Source of the DNA: Pseudomonadota bacterium
Lineage (GTDB): Bacteria; Bdellovibrionota_B; Oligoflexia; Silvanigrellales; Silvanigrellaceae
Assembly: GCA_039799905.1 (NCBI GenBank)
Contig: JBDLRP010000027.1
Span: 1-56,040, forward strand
Length of the DNA stretch: 56,040 nucleotides
Reading direction: 5' to 3'
Under the pieces are notes generated by a model, which was not told the origin of the DNA, did not search any database, and saw only the letters and a program-made list of their open reading frames with translations. Both the position numbers and the translations under genes were made by a program. Of this stretch, positions 26,108-36,851 are shown one piece after another. Position 1 is the first letter of the stretch. Each line of letters starts with the position of its first letter.

Positions 26108-26881
26108 CTATCTGGTTATTTGTTTACGCAAAGCAAGCGCGCGCTTCTCAATCACCGGATCAGGTTTTGCCTTCAGAATCGCGTCCAGATGACCGAGCGC
26201 CTTGCGCCGATCGCCCAGACGATGAGCTACTGCGGCAAGCTCAAGCTGTGGCTCAAGACAACCGGGACAAAAATCAACCGCCCTCTGAAACGATGCCTTT
26301 GCATCAGTCAGCCGTCCAGAGCTCAACTGACATTTTCCCATATTAAAGTAGGGCGCAGAGTATGTCGGATCGATCTCCAATGCCGCCTTGAATTCTGCCG
26401 CCGCCTTGTCACAGCGCTTTTCCTGCAGGTATGCCAAACCCATGTTGAGATGCACACGCTCCAGGAAGAGATATTTTCCGCGTTTTACAATCGCGCTCAA
26501 AGCATTCCGTGCTTCGGCGTTTTTTCCTGTCAGAATGTGTGTGTAGGCGAGGTTGAGCTGAGCATCGTCATTGTCAGGTTGTTTGTTTATAACAGTCTGA
26601 AAGCTCCTCGCCGCAGCCTCGGGATTGCTCAAGCCGATGAACGATAAACCCAAAAGCATGTGCACTTCCGCGGGCGAATCGGGATGTCGGGAGCGCGGCG
26701 AAAGGAAATGCACCGCGCGCTGAAATTCACCCTGAGCCACCATCTGTCTGGCAAGCTCAAGACTGGCCAGCTGATTGCGTGATTCTGGAGTGTCGGCTTT
26801 TGTGCTCATGCAGGCCGCACTTAGAGTTGTTGTCAGCAATGTCATCCACAGAGCCAAGTTCATCTGACGATTTCCCATCAC
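26108..26881 (-). CDS. TPR lipoprotein, PilF/PilW/Tgl-like type IV pilus pilotin candidate
   Basis: SAAC lipobox; several TPRs; directly upstream of the rodZ-like gene, as in pilF-rodZ arrangements. Confidence 0.75.
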   Translation of the reverse strand: MMGNRQMNLALWMTLLTTTLSAACMSTKADTPESRNQLASLELARQMVAQGEFQRAVHFLSPRSRHPDSPAEVHMLLGLSFIGLSNPEAAARSFQTVINKQPDNDDAQLNLAYTHILTGKNAEARNALSAIVKRGKYLFLERVHLNMGLAYLQEKRCDKAAAEFKAALEIDPTYSAPYFNMGKCQLSSGRLTDAKASFQRAVDFCPGCLEPQLELAAVAHRLGDRRKALGHLDAILKAKPDPVIEKRALALRKQITR

Positions 26882-29277
26882 ATCTGTGTCATTGTTCCGC
26901 GTTCGGACGAAAGCACTTGTCGTGGCTTACCCGCAACATCGCTCGGTCCAACCAATCCGTCCTTGACCATTCTGTCCATCAGCCGTGCAGCTTTGTTGTA
27001 TCCTATGCGGAAATTCCGCTGCAGACTTGAAGTACTCACCGTTCCGGAGGCCACAGCAAAATCAATGGCGCGATCGTAGAGGTCATTCTCATCCATCTGG
27101 GTTCCCTCGACACCCTGCTCGTCAATTTTCCCGCCCGCAGCTCCGTCATTTTTCTGACTGATTTGCTGCGCGTTGCGCTGCACGGCGGCCATTGTTTCGT
27201 TGTCGTATCGGGTCGGATAAAGCTCACGCAGTTTGTCGCTCAATTGATTTATTTCGCGGTCGCCGATGTAAGCCCCATGACCACGAACGATGCGATTGGT
27301 TCCGGGTGGAAGGAAAAGCATATCGCCTTTGCCAAGCAGCCTTTCGGCACCGACGCTTTCAATAATCGTGCGGCTGTCATGCTTCGATGCAACCTGAAAG
27401 GAAATTCGGCAGGGCAAGTTCGCCTTGATAACACCAGTGATGACGTCAACACTCGGCCGCTGCGTTGCAAGAATCAGATGGATTCCGGCCGCACGCGCCT
27501 TTTGCGCCAATCGCTGGATTGAGTCTTCGATGTCGCGCGGGGCGGTCATCATCAGATCGCACAGCTCGTCGATGACAACGACGATGTATGGAAGCGTCTG
27601 TGGAGTTTCGCCGGCCAACTGTTCCACGGTGAGCCTCTGCGCCACAACTTCGGCGTTGAACGCGGCGATGTTCCTGACTGCCGCCCTGCGCATCAGCAGA
27701 TACCGCCGCTCCATTTCATCGATGGCCCATTTCAATGCTCCAGCAGCTTTCGAAGGGTCGGTCACAACCGGCATCATCAGGTGTCCGATGCCGTCATAAT
27801 TAGAGAGCTCCAGCATTTTCGGGTCGACCAAAATGAAGCGGACTTGATCGGGAGAACGGGACATCATCAGACTGAGAAGAGTTACGTTGATGCCAACCGA
27901 CTTTCCTGAACCGGTTGCTCCGGCAATCAAGAGGTGAGGCATCGTGCTTAGGTCAGCAACCAGCGGTGAGCCGTCGACATTTTTACCCAAGGCCATCGGT
28001 AGCGGCGACGAGACATCGCGGAATGTCTGGTGTTCCATGACGTCACGCATTGCAACAGTTTCGCGGATGGGAGCGGGAACCTCGATGCCAATGGTGCTCT
28101 TGCCCGGCTGCGGCGCCATCAACACACTCTGCGCCTTGAGTCCGAGTGCGAGGTCCTCCTGCAGAGACAGAACTTTCGTGACTTTTATACCAGATGCCGG
28201 CTCGAACTCATGCACGTTGACGACAGGTCCCGGTTGACTTCTGACAACTCGCCCCGTCACACCAAATGTTCCGAGCTTCATAGCCAGTAGATGTGCTTGT
28301 GCATCCATACTTTTTTGAATGGAAAGTGAGTCTCCCTGAGCCGACTGCCCCGCCGGCAACAAAGCGAGAAGGCCCTCAAAGACAGGGACAGGCACAGCAT
28401 CAGGCGACAACTTAACAGCTGAACGAGCAGGCATACTCTGTGAAAGCGGCCGCTCTGGAACAATTCTCACCTGTTCGGGTGACTTTACACGCATGGTTAC
28501 TGGTTCATCGGCAACTTGAACCTCTGTCATTCTGTGCTCGATCTCCGGTTCTGCCGGCGAAACGTTCTTCTGGTCCCTCTTCTCTCGGCGCACCGGCGCC
28601 TCATTAACAACAGCGCGCGCCTTCTCGTTGGTTCCGGTATCCGATGCCTCTGCGGCGATCTCCTTGAAGCGGCTCCAAGGAAGTCTGTTGAGCATCCAGA
28701 CAACAGCAGCAACTGGATTGACCCCAAGACATAGCGGCAGACTGGTGAGCAATCCGGCAAACAAAACAATCCTCACTCCAGAAACGCTGAGCACCGGAGT
28801 GAGGCCGCCGACCACTTTCAAACCCAACCAACCCGAAATGGGAAACGAGATTCCAGAGAATGAAATTTCATCGCGAAAGGAAGCGAGCAAACCAAGGAAA
28901 CAAAGCACAAGCTGCGGATAGCCGAACAACCGCAGAGCCCAACGCGCACGCACCCTCGGCCTTTGAAACAATTGGAGGCTGTGCACAAGTGCCACAGCGC
29001 TGAAAACATAGGCTCCCAATCCAAAGAGCTGAATCAGCCACTCCGATATATTTGCACCAAATGAGCCCAACAGATTCCGATAAGAGGCTCCCGAGGCGAC
29101 ACTCGATGTCAGAATCAGATGAAACGACGAGGCATCGCGCGGATTGAATGAGAAGACTGACAAACATATGACAATTGCTGCTGACAGCGCGACGAGCGCA
29201 AAATAGTCACCAACAAACACAGAATTCTTTTTCGAATCCGAATTCCAATCTAAACTGAAGCGAGTCATCGCACCCAC
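26878..29277 (-). CDS. ftsK: DNA translocase FtsK
   Basis: 4-TM N-terminus; MPHLLIAGATGSGKS, VIDE, LAQKARAAGIHLILATQRPSVDVITG; gamma domain LQRNFRIGYNKAARL. Confidence 0.97.
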   Translation of the reverse strand: MGAMTRFSLDWNSDSKKNSVFVGDYFALVALSAAIVICLSVFSFNPRDASSFHLILTSSVASGASYRNLLGSFGANISEWLIQLFGLGAYVFSAVALVHSLQLFQRPRVRARWALRLFGYPQLVLCFLGLLASFRDEISFSGISFPISGWLGLKVVGGLTPVLSVSGVRIVLFAGLLTSLPLCLGVNPVAAVVWMLNRLPWSRFKEIAAEASDTGTNEKARAVVNEAPVRREKRDQKNVSPAEPEIEHRMTEVQVADEPVTMRVKSPEQVRIVPERPLSQSMPARSAVKLSPDAVPVPVFEGLLALLPAGQSAQGDSLSIQKSMDAQAHLLAMKLGTFGVTGRVVRSQPGPVVNVHEFEPASGIKVTKVLSLQEDLALGLKAQSVLMAPQPGKSTIGIEVPAPIRETVAMRDVMEHQTFRDVSSPLPMALGKNVDGSPLVADLSTMPHLLIAGATGSGKSVGINVTLLSLMMSRSPDQVRFILVDPKMLELSNYDGIGHLMMPVVTDPSKAAGALKWAIDEMERRYLLMRRAAVRNIAAFNAEVVAQRLTVEQLAGETPQTLPYIVVVIDELCDLMMTAPRDIEDSIQRLAQKARAAGIHLILATQRPSVDVITGVIKANLPCRISFQVASKHDSRTIIESVGAERLLGKGDMLFLPPGTNRIVRGHGAYIGDREINQLSDKLRELYPTRYDNETMAAVQRNAQQISQKNDGAAGGKIDEQGVEGTQMDENDLYDRAIDFAVASGTVSTSSLQRNFRIGYNKAARLMDRMVKDGLVGPSDVAGKPRQVLSSERGTMTQM

Positions 29278-29303
29278 CCATCCTCAGAAACGAAGGAGAC
29301 CAC

Positions 29304-30026
29304 ATGGACCAATTCCCGAAAGGCGGTCAGGCCTTGTTGGCCGACGCCATGATCGGTTTATTGTCACCTTTGGATTCTCTCAGATTCATGCGCCGCAAAA
29401 AATCCGTGTTGGTCATCGGACTGGCGCCTTACCTTATTGCCATTGTCCTCTATGGTATGCTTGTTGGCCGGGTAGTGACCCCAATGTTGATCGGTTTTCT
29501 GCTTGAAAAACAGCTTATTCCGGTTGGATGGGCAACAAACCTGATGTTGGGTGCCATCATCTGGATCTTTGCCCTGACGATTTTTGCACTGTTGGGACCA
29601 TCGGTCATCAACACACTGGCGAGTCCCATCTTCGATCGGGTCGCGAGCCACACCTACGAAGACTTTAGCGGAAAAAAACTGCCACCCGAGTCGCTGGTCA
29701 TGTTTGTGAAGAGTTTCCTTGGCGAGTGTTCCAAACTCGCCATTTGGCTCATGGTCACCATTTTTCTGGCCTCGATGCCATTTGCTGCATTTATAGGCGG
29801 ACCACTGGCGCTGTGGTTTCTTGGATGGACTCAGGTCGACCGAACTCTCAACCTACAGACCATGCGCCTGCATGACAGACTCATGTTTGGCGTTTACCAC
29901 GCACCTGCCTGCGTCTGTCTTGGCTTGTGGGGTCTCGTGCCAGGCCTGAATACTCTTTTTACATTTCTCATGGCTTCGTCAGGGGCCGTTATTGTTGCAA
30001 AAGCTGAGCAACAGACTAATCAGTGA
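29304..30026 (+). CDS. EI24/CysZ-domain membrane protein
   Basis: LASPIFDRVA motif and CysZ-like TM layout; AAGGAG RBS. Confidence 0.7.
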   Translation: MDQFPKGGQALLADAMIGLLSPLDSLRFMRRKKSVLVIGLAPYLIAIVLYGMLVGRVVTPMLIGFLLEKQLIPVGWATNLMLGAIIWIFALTIFALLGPSVINTLASPIFDRVASHTYEDFSGKKLPPESLVMFVKSFLGECSKLAIWLMVTIFLASMPFAAFIGGPLALWFLGWTQVDRTLNLQTMRLHDRLMFGVYHAPACVCLGLWGLVPGLNTLFTFLMASSGAVIVAKAEQQTNQ

Positions 30027-30945
30027 GCTGAATAGTCATGATTTTTACGCGGACGCGACGCCAGGGGATTCAACGCGGGTGATTGCAACTTTCAAGGCTT
30101 ATCTTGAGGCCATCAAATTCAGCCATACAATTTTTGCAATGCCGTTTGCACTGATGGCCTGCATTCTTGCCTTTCGTGGCGGAACCCCACCATTCGCGCA
30201 AGTGGTCTGGATCATCGTTGCGATGATTGGTGCCCGCACGTGGGCAATGGCCGTCAATCGTTTTGCGGACGCCGAATTTGACGCACTCAACCCGCGCACT
30301 GCGACACGCGCTGTTGCCAACGGGACAATCAAAAAATCGTCCATGCTTGCATTTGCCCTGCTGGGCGCCACTGTTTTTGTCGCTGCTGCGGCCGCACTCT
30401 CGCGCGTCGCGTTGCTCTGTTCAGTGCCGGTTTTGCTGATTTTGGGAAGTTACAGTTATGCCAAACGGGTGAGCTTTCTCTGCCATTTTTGGCTGGGCAT
30501 TTGCCTTGGTCTGGCGCCACTGGGAGCGTGGGTGGCGCTGCGCGGAACATTGCCTGCGGAACTTCTGCTGCTCAGCGCGGGTATCACGTTCTGGGTTGGC
30601 GGATTCGACATCATTTATGCCTTGCAGGATGCGCAATTTGACGCAGGACAGGGGCTCAAAAGCATTCCCAGCCGTTTTGGGCTGACTCCCGCATTGTGGA
30701 TTGCCCGTGTCAGTCATCTGGCTGCGGCAATTTTCTTTGCGCTGTTTGGAGTCATATACAATCTGGGCTTGGTTTATTTTGCAGGACTCGGCTTGGCTGC
30801 TCTGCTGATGGTTCAGCAGCATGCCATCGTCCGCAAAGGCTCACTCGAAAAAATTAATTTTGCGTTTTTTAATCTCAACGGATGGATTGCTGTTTTGCTG
30901 TTTCTGGCGGCCGGTATTTCCCTCTGGCTTGAACCGGTGTTGTAA
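29992..30945 (+). CDS. UbiA-family polyprenyltransferase (MqnP-like, futalosine menaquinone route)
   Basis: IKFSHTIFAMPFA, ARTWAMAVNRFAD..DALNPRT, YSYAKR, WVGGFDIIYALQD; start may be GTG 30079. Confidence 0.88.
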   Translation: MLQKLSNRLISELNSHDFYADATPGDSTRVIATFKAYLEAIKFSHTIFAMPFALMACILAFRGGTPPFAQVVWIIVAMIGARTWAMAVNRFADAEFDALNPRTATRAVANGTIKKSSMLAFALLGATVFVAAAAALSRVALLCSVPVLLILGSYSYAKRVSFLCHFWLGICLGLAPLGAWVALRGTLPAELLLLSAGITFWVGGFDIIYALQDAQFDAGQGLKSIPSRFGLTPALWIARVSHLAAAIFFALFGVIYNLGLVYFAGLGLAALLMVQQHAIVRKGSLEKINFAFFNLNGWIAVLLFLAAGISLWLEPVL

Positions 30946-30965
30946 GCTCAAGGAGTCTGTCAGCG

Positions 30966-33413
30966 ATGACTTATTTGCACAAAGACATTGAACCGAAGTG
31001 GCAAAAAATCTGGAACGAGAAAAATATCTTTGCCACCACCGAAGATCCGGCGAAACCCAAATACTACGCACTCGACATGTTCCCATATCCGTCGGCCTCG
31101 GGTCTGCACGTCGGACATGCGCTTGGATATACAGCGACAGACATCGTTGCGCGTTATTACCGGATGAAGGGATACAACGTCCTGCATCCGATGGGCTGGG
31201 ATGCCTTTGGCCTGCCGGCTGAGCAGCATGCAATCGAAACGGGCGAGCATCCGGCAAAACTAACTTACAGAAATATCGACAACTACCGCCGGCAACTTTC
31301 GGCTTTGGGGATGTCCTACGACTGGAAGCGCGAAGTGGCGACTTGCGATCCAAGTTACTATCATTGGACACAGAAAATCTTTCAAATTCTTTTCGACCGC
31401 GGCCTGGCCTACCAAGCGGAGATGGCGGTCAACTGGTGTCCTGCTCTCAAAACAGTCCTTGCCAACGAAGAAGTGATCGACGGCAAGAGCGAACGAGGCG
31501 GGCATCCGGTCATGCGCGTGCCGATGCGCCAATGGATGCTCAAGATCACTGCCTACGCAGAGCGACTGTTGGCAGACCTCGACGTTCTCGACTGGCCCGA
31601 AAACGTCAAAGATATCCAGCGCAACTGGATTGGAAAATCGGTGGGTGCACGCATCCGCTTCGCAGTGGCGGATTACGCCGATGCTCACATTGAAGTTTTT
31701 ACCACGCGTCCTGACACTCTTTTTGGCGCCACATATCTCGTACTGGCTCCCGAGCATCCGCTGGTGAGCAAAATCACAACGAGTGCGCAGATGCAGGCAG
31801 TCAAGGCTTACCAAGATGAAGCCTCGCGGAAATCCGATCTCGACCGCACGGAACTCAACAAAGACAAAACGGGCGCCTTTACCGGAGCATTTGCAAAACA
31901 TCCGATCAGCGGAGAGCTCGTGCCAATCTGGATCAGCGATTACGTGATGATGACCTACGGCACCGGAGCTATTATGTCGGTGCCTGCGCACGACGAGCGC
32001 GACCACGAATTCGCGCGCGCGTTTTCCTTGCCAATCAAACAGGTTGTCAAACCCACAGATGGCACACACGACATCCAAAAATCCGCCTACACGGGCACTG
32101 GAACACTCATCAATTCGCAATTCCTCGACGGCAAGAATGTTGCCGATGCAAAAGCGGCGATGATTGAACACCTCGTGAAATCAGGCAGCGGCGAAGCAAG
32201 CACGACCTACAAATTCCGTGACTGGCTGTTCTCGCGTCAGCGTTATTGGGGCGAACCCATTCCCGTACTCAAGGACGCTCAGGGAAATGTGCTGCGCGCT
32301 TTGAAAGACGAAGAACTCCCGCTGACACTGCCTGAAGTGACAAGCTACGAACCGACAGGCGACGGCAAATCGCCGCTTGCCAACATCAGCTCTTGGGTTC
32401 AGCGCGGCGGCAACACATTTATTGAAACAGACACGATGCCGGGCAGTGCCGGATCAAGCTGGTACTTTCTGCGTTACTGCGATCCGCTGAACGAAAACCT
32501 TCCGTTCGACTTCAAAAAGGCGCAGTTCTGGATGCCGGTTGACCTCTATGTCGGCGGACAGGAGCACGCCGTCGGACACCTGCTTTATTCGCGCTTCTGG
32601 ACCAAAGTCTTGTTTGACGCCGGACTGTGTCCGGTCAGCGAACCGTTCAAGAAACTCGTCAATCAGGGAATGATCTGCCGCAACGGATCGAAGATGTCCA
32701 AATCCAAAGGAAATGGCGTCAATCCTGACGAAGTGCTTGAAAAATTTGGTGCAGACTCGCTGCGGGTTTATGAAATGTTCATGGGTCCTCTCACGCAAAC
32801 CAAAGAGTGGGAAGACTCGAATCTCGCCGGAATCTTCCGCTTCCTCCAGCGCATCGAAAGAATGCTGATCGACGAAAATGGAAAATGCCTGCTGACAGAC
32901 GCCACTGCAACCCGCGATGAGCTGCGTCTCCTCCACAAGACCATCAAGAAAATCACATCCGACATCGAGAACCTCTCGTTCAACACTTCCATTTCGCAGA
33001 TGATGATTTTCCTCAACGGCATGGCCGAAACAAACTGCCGCTCCAAGGAAGTATGGCGCCAGTTCATTCCGCTTCTTTCTCCGTTTGCACCGCATCTTGC
33101 AGAAGAGCTCTGGCACGTGTGCTTTAACGCAGACAAGTCAACTGCTGATGCTGGCTATCCATTCGTCAGCACAAGCGCGTGGCCGCTCTTCGATGAGTCG
33201 CTCGCACGCGACGATGAAATCAAGATTGGTGTGCAGATCAATGGCAAATCACGCGCAGAAATCACTTTGCCGCTCGACTGCGATCAGGATACTGCAGTGA
33301 AAATCGCCAGCGAGGATAAAACTCTATCTGCCGCACTTGCCGCGCTCGACGTAAAGAAAATCGTGTTTGTGAAGAACCGCATTCTCAATTTTGTCGGCGC
33401 ACCAAAGGCGTAA
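30966..33413 (+). CDS. leuS: Leucine--tRNA ligase
   Basis: MFPYPS..LHVGH, FTTRPDT editing domain, KMSKS; AAGGAG RBS. Confidence 0.98.
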   Translation: MTYLHKDIEPKWQKIWNEKNIFATTEDPAKPKYYALDMFPYPSASGLHVGHALGYTATDIVARYYRMKGYNVLHPMGWDAFGLPAEQHAIETGEHPAKLTYRNIDNYRRQLSALGMSYDWKREVATCDPSYYHWTQKIFQILFDRGLAYQAEMAVNWCPALKTVLANEEVIDGKSERGGHPVMRVPMRQWMLKITAYAERLLADLDVLDWPENVKDIQRNWIGKSVGARIRFAVADYADAHIEVFTTRPDTLFGATYLVLAPEHPLVSKITTSAQMQAVKAYQDEASRKSDLDRTELNKDKTGAFTGAFAKHPISGELVPIWISDYVMMTYGTGAIMSVPAHDERDHEFARAFSLPIKQVVKPTDGTHDIQKSAYTGTGTLINSQFLDGKNVADAKAAMIEHLVKSGSGEASTTYKFRDWLFSRQRYWGEPIPVLKDAQGNVLRALKDEELPLTLPEVTSYEPTGDGKSPLANISSWVQRGGNTFIETDTMPGSAGSSWYFLRYCDPLNENLPFDFKKAQFWMPVDLYVGGQEHAVGHLLYSRFWTKVLFDAGLCPVSEPFKKLVNQGMICRNGSKMSKSKGNGVNPDEVLEKFGADSLRVYEMFMGPLTQTKEWEDSNLAGIFRFLQRIERMLIDENGKCLLTDATATRDELRLLHKTIKKITSDIENLSFNTSISQMMIFLNGMAETNCRSKEVWRQFIPLLSPFAPHLAEELWHVCFNADKSTADAGYPFVSTSAWPLFDESLARDDEIKIGVQINGKSRAEITLPLDCDQDTAVKIASEDKTLSAALAALDVKKIVFVKNRILNFVGAPKA

Positions 33414-33414
33414 A

Positions 33415-33447
33415 AAAACGGCCTGCAGTTCTTATGCAGGCCGTTTT
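33415..33447. terminator. Bidirectional intrinsic terminator
   Basis: AAAACGGCCTGCA-loop-TGCAGGCCGTTTT between the convergent leuS and maeB. Confidence 0.88.
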
Positions 33448-33501
33448 AAAATTTTTGTTGCAGCAAAACTTGGCAGCTCCGCCACCTTTTAGTTCATGTA
33501 A

Positions 33502-35772
33502 TCACAGACCGTTCTGAGCTCGATGAACAGTGAACGTCACGAGGTTCACGATCTCTTCGACGTCACTGTTTCTCTGCAGCACGTTGACCGGCTTGCGCAT
33601 GCCAATCAGCAAGGGCCCGATGAGCGTCGCGCCGCCGAGCTTGTTGAGCAGCTTGTAGGCAATGTTGCCTGACGTCAGGTCGGGGAAGACCAACACGTTG
33701 GCAGGTCCCTTCAGCGAGGAAAAGCTGAAGCTGCGCTGAAGGACTTCAGCGCTGACAGCAGCGTCCGCCTGAACTTCACCGTCCACCTCGATATCAGGCC
33801 GCATCTTTTTTACAAGCAGCGTCGCATTGCGCACCTTGTCCGCGAGCGGATGCTTGTTGCTGCCGAAATTGCTGAAGCTCAGCATCGCCACGCGCGGCAT
33901 TTCATTCAAATAAAGACGCGCTGTGTCGTGTGCCTGAATTGCGATTTGTGCAAGTTGCTCTTCGCTCGGGTCGATATTGACCGTCGCATCCGACAGAAAA
34001 ATGCTCTTGTCGCGCCACACGAGCATATAAATTCCAGCAAGGACCTTATCAGGCTGCGTACCGATCACCTGCAAGGCGGGACGAATCGCATCCGGATAGT
34101 TGTGATGAACGCCCGAGAGGTAGGTATCCGCATCACCGGTTTCGACCATCATCGCGGCGTAGTATTGGTTCTCCTGCATCAACTCTTGAGCAGACATGCG
34201 GGTCACGCCCTTGCGCGAGCGCTTTTCCAACAAAATTTGCGCGTAGCCGGCAGTCTTGGGCGACGTTGTCGGATCGATGATCGCCACATCCGCCAAACCG
34301 TCGAGTTTCTGTTCGCGGATAATTCCACGAATGCGCTCAGCGTTACCGAGCAGAATGGGGTCACAAATTCCTTCTTCCACAAGCTGCTCCGCAGCACGCA
34401 GCACCGGCAGGCTGGCGCCCTCGGGAAGAACAACGCGCGTGCGGCTTCCGCGTGTGCGGTTATTTTCAATAGCCATGCGCTTGATCTTGCGCGTCACCGA
34501 AGCCACAACGCCCAACCGGCCTTCAAGGTGATCGCGGTAATCCTCAAGGTCAATTGACTTGCGGGCAAGTCCGCCATCAATTGCAGCCTTTGCCACCGCA
34601 GGCGCAACCCACGTCAGCAGGCGTGGATCAAAAGGTTTGGGAATGAGATAGTCGCGTCCGAACGTATAGTCGTGCCGCGCATAGGAGCGACTGACGCTCT
34701 CTGGAACGTCCTCTTTTGCCAGCTGCGCAAGCGCATAAACCGCCGCCATCTTCATATCTTCGGTGATCTGCCGCGCCTGAACGTCAAGTGCTCCGCGGAA
34801 GATGTACGGGTAACCGAGTACGTTGTTGACCTGATTGGGGTAGTCCGAGCGTCCCGTGGCGATGATTGCATCATCACGAACTGCCAGAATATCCTCCGGG
34901 CGGATTTCTGGATCTGGGTTGGCCATCGCAAAAATAATTGGATCTTTTGCCATGCTGCGAACCATGTCCTGACTCACAGCACCCGCCACAGAACACCCAC
35001 AGAACATGTCTGCGCCATCAAGGCAGTCCGCAAGTGAGCGCTTGCTCGTGTCATTTGCAAAGCGCTCTTTGTACTTGTTCATGCCGTCGGTGCGACCGCG
35101 ATAGACAACACCCTTGCTGTCGCACATGAACAGGTTCTCACGCCGGACACCCAGATTCAGATACATTTGTGCACAGGCAATGGCCGCAGCACCGGCGCCA
35201 TTCACAACGACTTTGATTTCCTGAATCTTCTTGCCGGTAATCTCGAGTGCATTCAGCAGCGCGGCTCCGCTGACGATTGCTGTACCGTGCTGATCATCGT
35301 GAAAAACCGGAATGTTGAGAAGTTCCCGCAGGCGCTCTTCAATTTCGAAACATTCAGGTGCCTTGATGTCTTCGAGGTTGATTCCGCCAAAGGTTGGCTC
35401 GAGCATTTTGCAGGCTGATATGACTTCATCAACCGTCGGAGCGTTGAGTTCAATGTCAAAGCAGTCGATGTCGGCAAACTTCTTGAAAAGGACAGCCTTG
35501 CCTTCCATCACCGGCTTTGCGGCGGCTGGGCCGATGTTGCCGAGTCCAAGCACGGCCGTACCGTTCGACACCACTGCAACCAGATTACCGCGTGCGGTGT
35601 ACTCAAAAACGGCGTCGGGATTCTTTGCGATTTCCTTGCAGGGTTCTGCAACCCCGGGTGAGTATGCAAGGGTGATGTCTTGCTGGGTTTTGCATTCCTT
35701 CGTGACCGCAATTTCAATTTTACCTTTGCGGCCCTTGCGGTGATATTCGAGTGCGTCTTCGCGGATACCCAT
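33502..35772 (-). CDS. maeB: NADP-dependent malic enzyme with phosphotransacetylase-like domain
   Basis: [52 protein letters not shown]-terminal PTA-like domain; AAGGAG before ATG 35772. Confidence 0.96.
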   Translation of the reverse strand: MGIREDALEYHRKGRKGKIEIAVTKECKTQQDITLAYSPGVAEPCKEIAKNPDAVFEYTARGNLVAVVSNGTAVLGLGNIGPAAAKPVMEGKAVLFKKFADIDCFDIELNAPTVDEVISACKMLEPTFGGINLEDIKAPECFEIEERLRELLNIPVFHDDQHGTAIVSGAALLNALEITGKKIQEIKVVVNGAGAAAIACAQMYLNLGVRRENLFMCDSKGVVYRGRTDGMNKYKERFANDTSKRSLADCLDGADMFCGCSVAGAVSQDMVRSMAKDPIIFAMANPDPEIRPEDILAVRDDAIIATGRSDYPNQVNNVLGYPYIFRGALDVQARQITEDMKMAAVYALAQLAKEDVPESVSRSYARHDYTFGRDYLIPKPFDPRLLTWVAPAVAKAAIDGGLARKSIDLEDYRDHLEGRLGVVASVTRKIKRMAIENNRTRGSRTRVVLPEGASLPVLRAAEQLVEEGICDPILLGNAERIRGIIREQKLDGLADVAIIDPTTSPKTAGYAQILLEKRSRKGVTRMSAQELMQENQYYAAMMVETGDADTYLSGVHHNYPDAIRPALQVIGTQPDKVLAGIYMLVWRDKSIFLSDATVNIDPSEEQLAQIAIQAHDTARLYLNEMPRVAMLSFSNFGSNKHPLADKVRNATLLVKKMRPDIEVDGEVQADAAVSAEVLQRSFSFSSLKGPANVLVFPDLTSGNIAYKLLNKLGGATLIGPLLIGMRKPVNVLQRNSDVEEIVNLVTFTVHRAQNGL

Positions 35773-35783
35773 GGTGTCTCCTT

Positions 35784-35838
35784 GCCTGTTTTCACAGAAA
35801 ACAGGCCCGAATCTAACGTTCAATGGCTAGATTTACAA
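35784..35838 (-). promoter_or_regulatory. maeB promoter and 5' hairpin
   Basis: TTGTAA-N17-TAGATT (35838-35810), then a perfect 10-bp hairpin GCCTGTTTTC/GAAAACAGGC (35784-35806) just before the SD. Confidence 0.55.
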
Positions 35839-35965
35839 TGGCGGGCGCCCCCATCCTCAAAGCCACGGACGATTCAGGTCAAAGATTTGTCCGTGCAACT
35901 CCTTTCCTACCCACCCCTGAATTCAGACTTTAGGCTGTAAATACTGCCCAAGGAGTACGCAAGCC

Positions 35966-36382
35966 ATGGAACAAACACGCAACAAGGGTCGCTGGTTCAA
36001 GCTGGCAGAAGCGGCGCAGCAGCTCGGCGTTTCTGAAATCACCGTCCGCCGGAAGGCCAAAACGGGTCAACTGAAGGCCATTCTGCGCAACGGACGTTAC
36101 ATGGTTTATCTCGAGGAAGATGACGAACTGGGAATGTTCACTGCCGCTCTGGACATTGCTGTCACCCCAGCAGGTTCCTCTGCGCCAACATCCACGCTGC
36201 CGACGTTGTCGAGAAAAAGAGAATCAACCCAGCTGAACATAGCCAACTCGGCCGCGCAGGATGACCTCATCCAATCTCTGAAGCGTACGATTGAGGATCA
36301 GCAGACTCTGATTTCGTCTCTGGAGGCGTCGATTTCGCGGTTGAGCCAGAAACTGGCTGGCGGACAAAATTCCAATAGATGA
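35966..36382 (+). CDS. HTH_17/MerR-like DNA-binding protein with C-terminal coiled coil
   Basis: LAEAAQQLGVSEITVRRKAKTGQL HTH; heptad-rich C-terminus; AAGGAG RBS. Confidence 0.8.
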   Translation: MEQTRNKGRWFKLAEAAQQLGVSEITVRRKAKTGQLKAILRNGRYMVYLEEDDELGMFTAALDIAVTPAGSSAPTSTLPTLSRKRESTQLNIANSAAQDDLIQSLKRTIEDQQTLISSLEASISRLSQKLAGGQNSNR

Positions 36383-36851
36383 CCTGATACGCAAGGAAAA
36401 GACAGAGCACCACCACCTGTGCCCAAAGCCCCGTCGCAACCAACGGGACACGCAGTGCGTTGAGCGCAAAAATGTGCGGTGCATCCCTCCACACCCAGAA
36501 AAATGCGATCGAAACAAAAACCAGCGGATGACAGACGAACAACACCCCGTGCAGCCACTGCTCGCGTGCGTCACAGAGCTTTGAATGTACCCATTCGTCC
36601 TTGGTGACGAACAGGCAAGACAAAAATGATGCAACCAGAAAAATCAAAAAATTATTCTGGCTGAGCGGAAGAAAATGAGCAACTGAGCATACGCCCAATA
36701 CAGTCAGTGTATCGAGCGGATGGCCGATGCATTCCCAGCGCGGCAGACCGCGCCTGTGGTGAAAGACAAACTCGTCAAAGGCCAGCGCCAGCCCCTGCAG
36801 CACAACCGGCACCGCAGCCAGAGCAAGATAAACGTCACCGCCCGACATCAT
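36267..36851 (-). CDS. Membrane protein with duplicated DE..H / E...H motifs, coupled to the type III PKS
   Basis: About 5 TMs; DEFVFH..ECIGH and DEWVH..EQWLH; TGATG overlap with the PKS stop. Confidence 0.75.
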   Translation of the reverse strand: MMSGGDVYLALAAVPVVLQGLALAFDEFVFHHRRGLPRWECIGHPLDTLTVLGVCSVAHFLPLSQNNFLIFLVASFLSCLFVTKDEWVHSKLCDAREQWLHGVLFVCHPLVFVSIAFFWVWRDAPHIFALNALRVPLVATGLWAQVVVLCLFLAYQVIYWNFVRQPVSGSTAKSTPPETKSESADPQSYASEIG

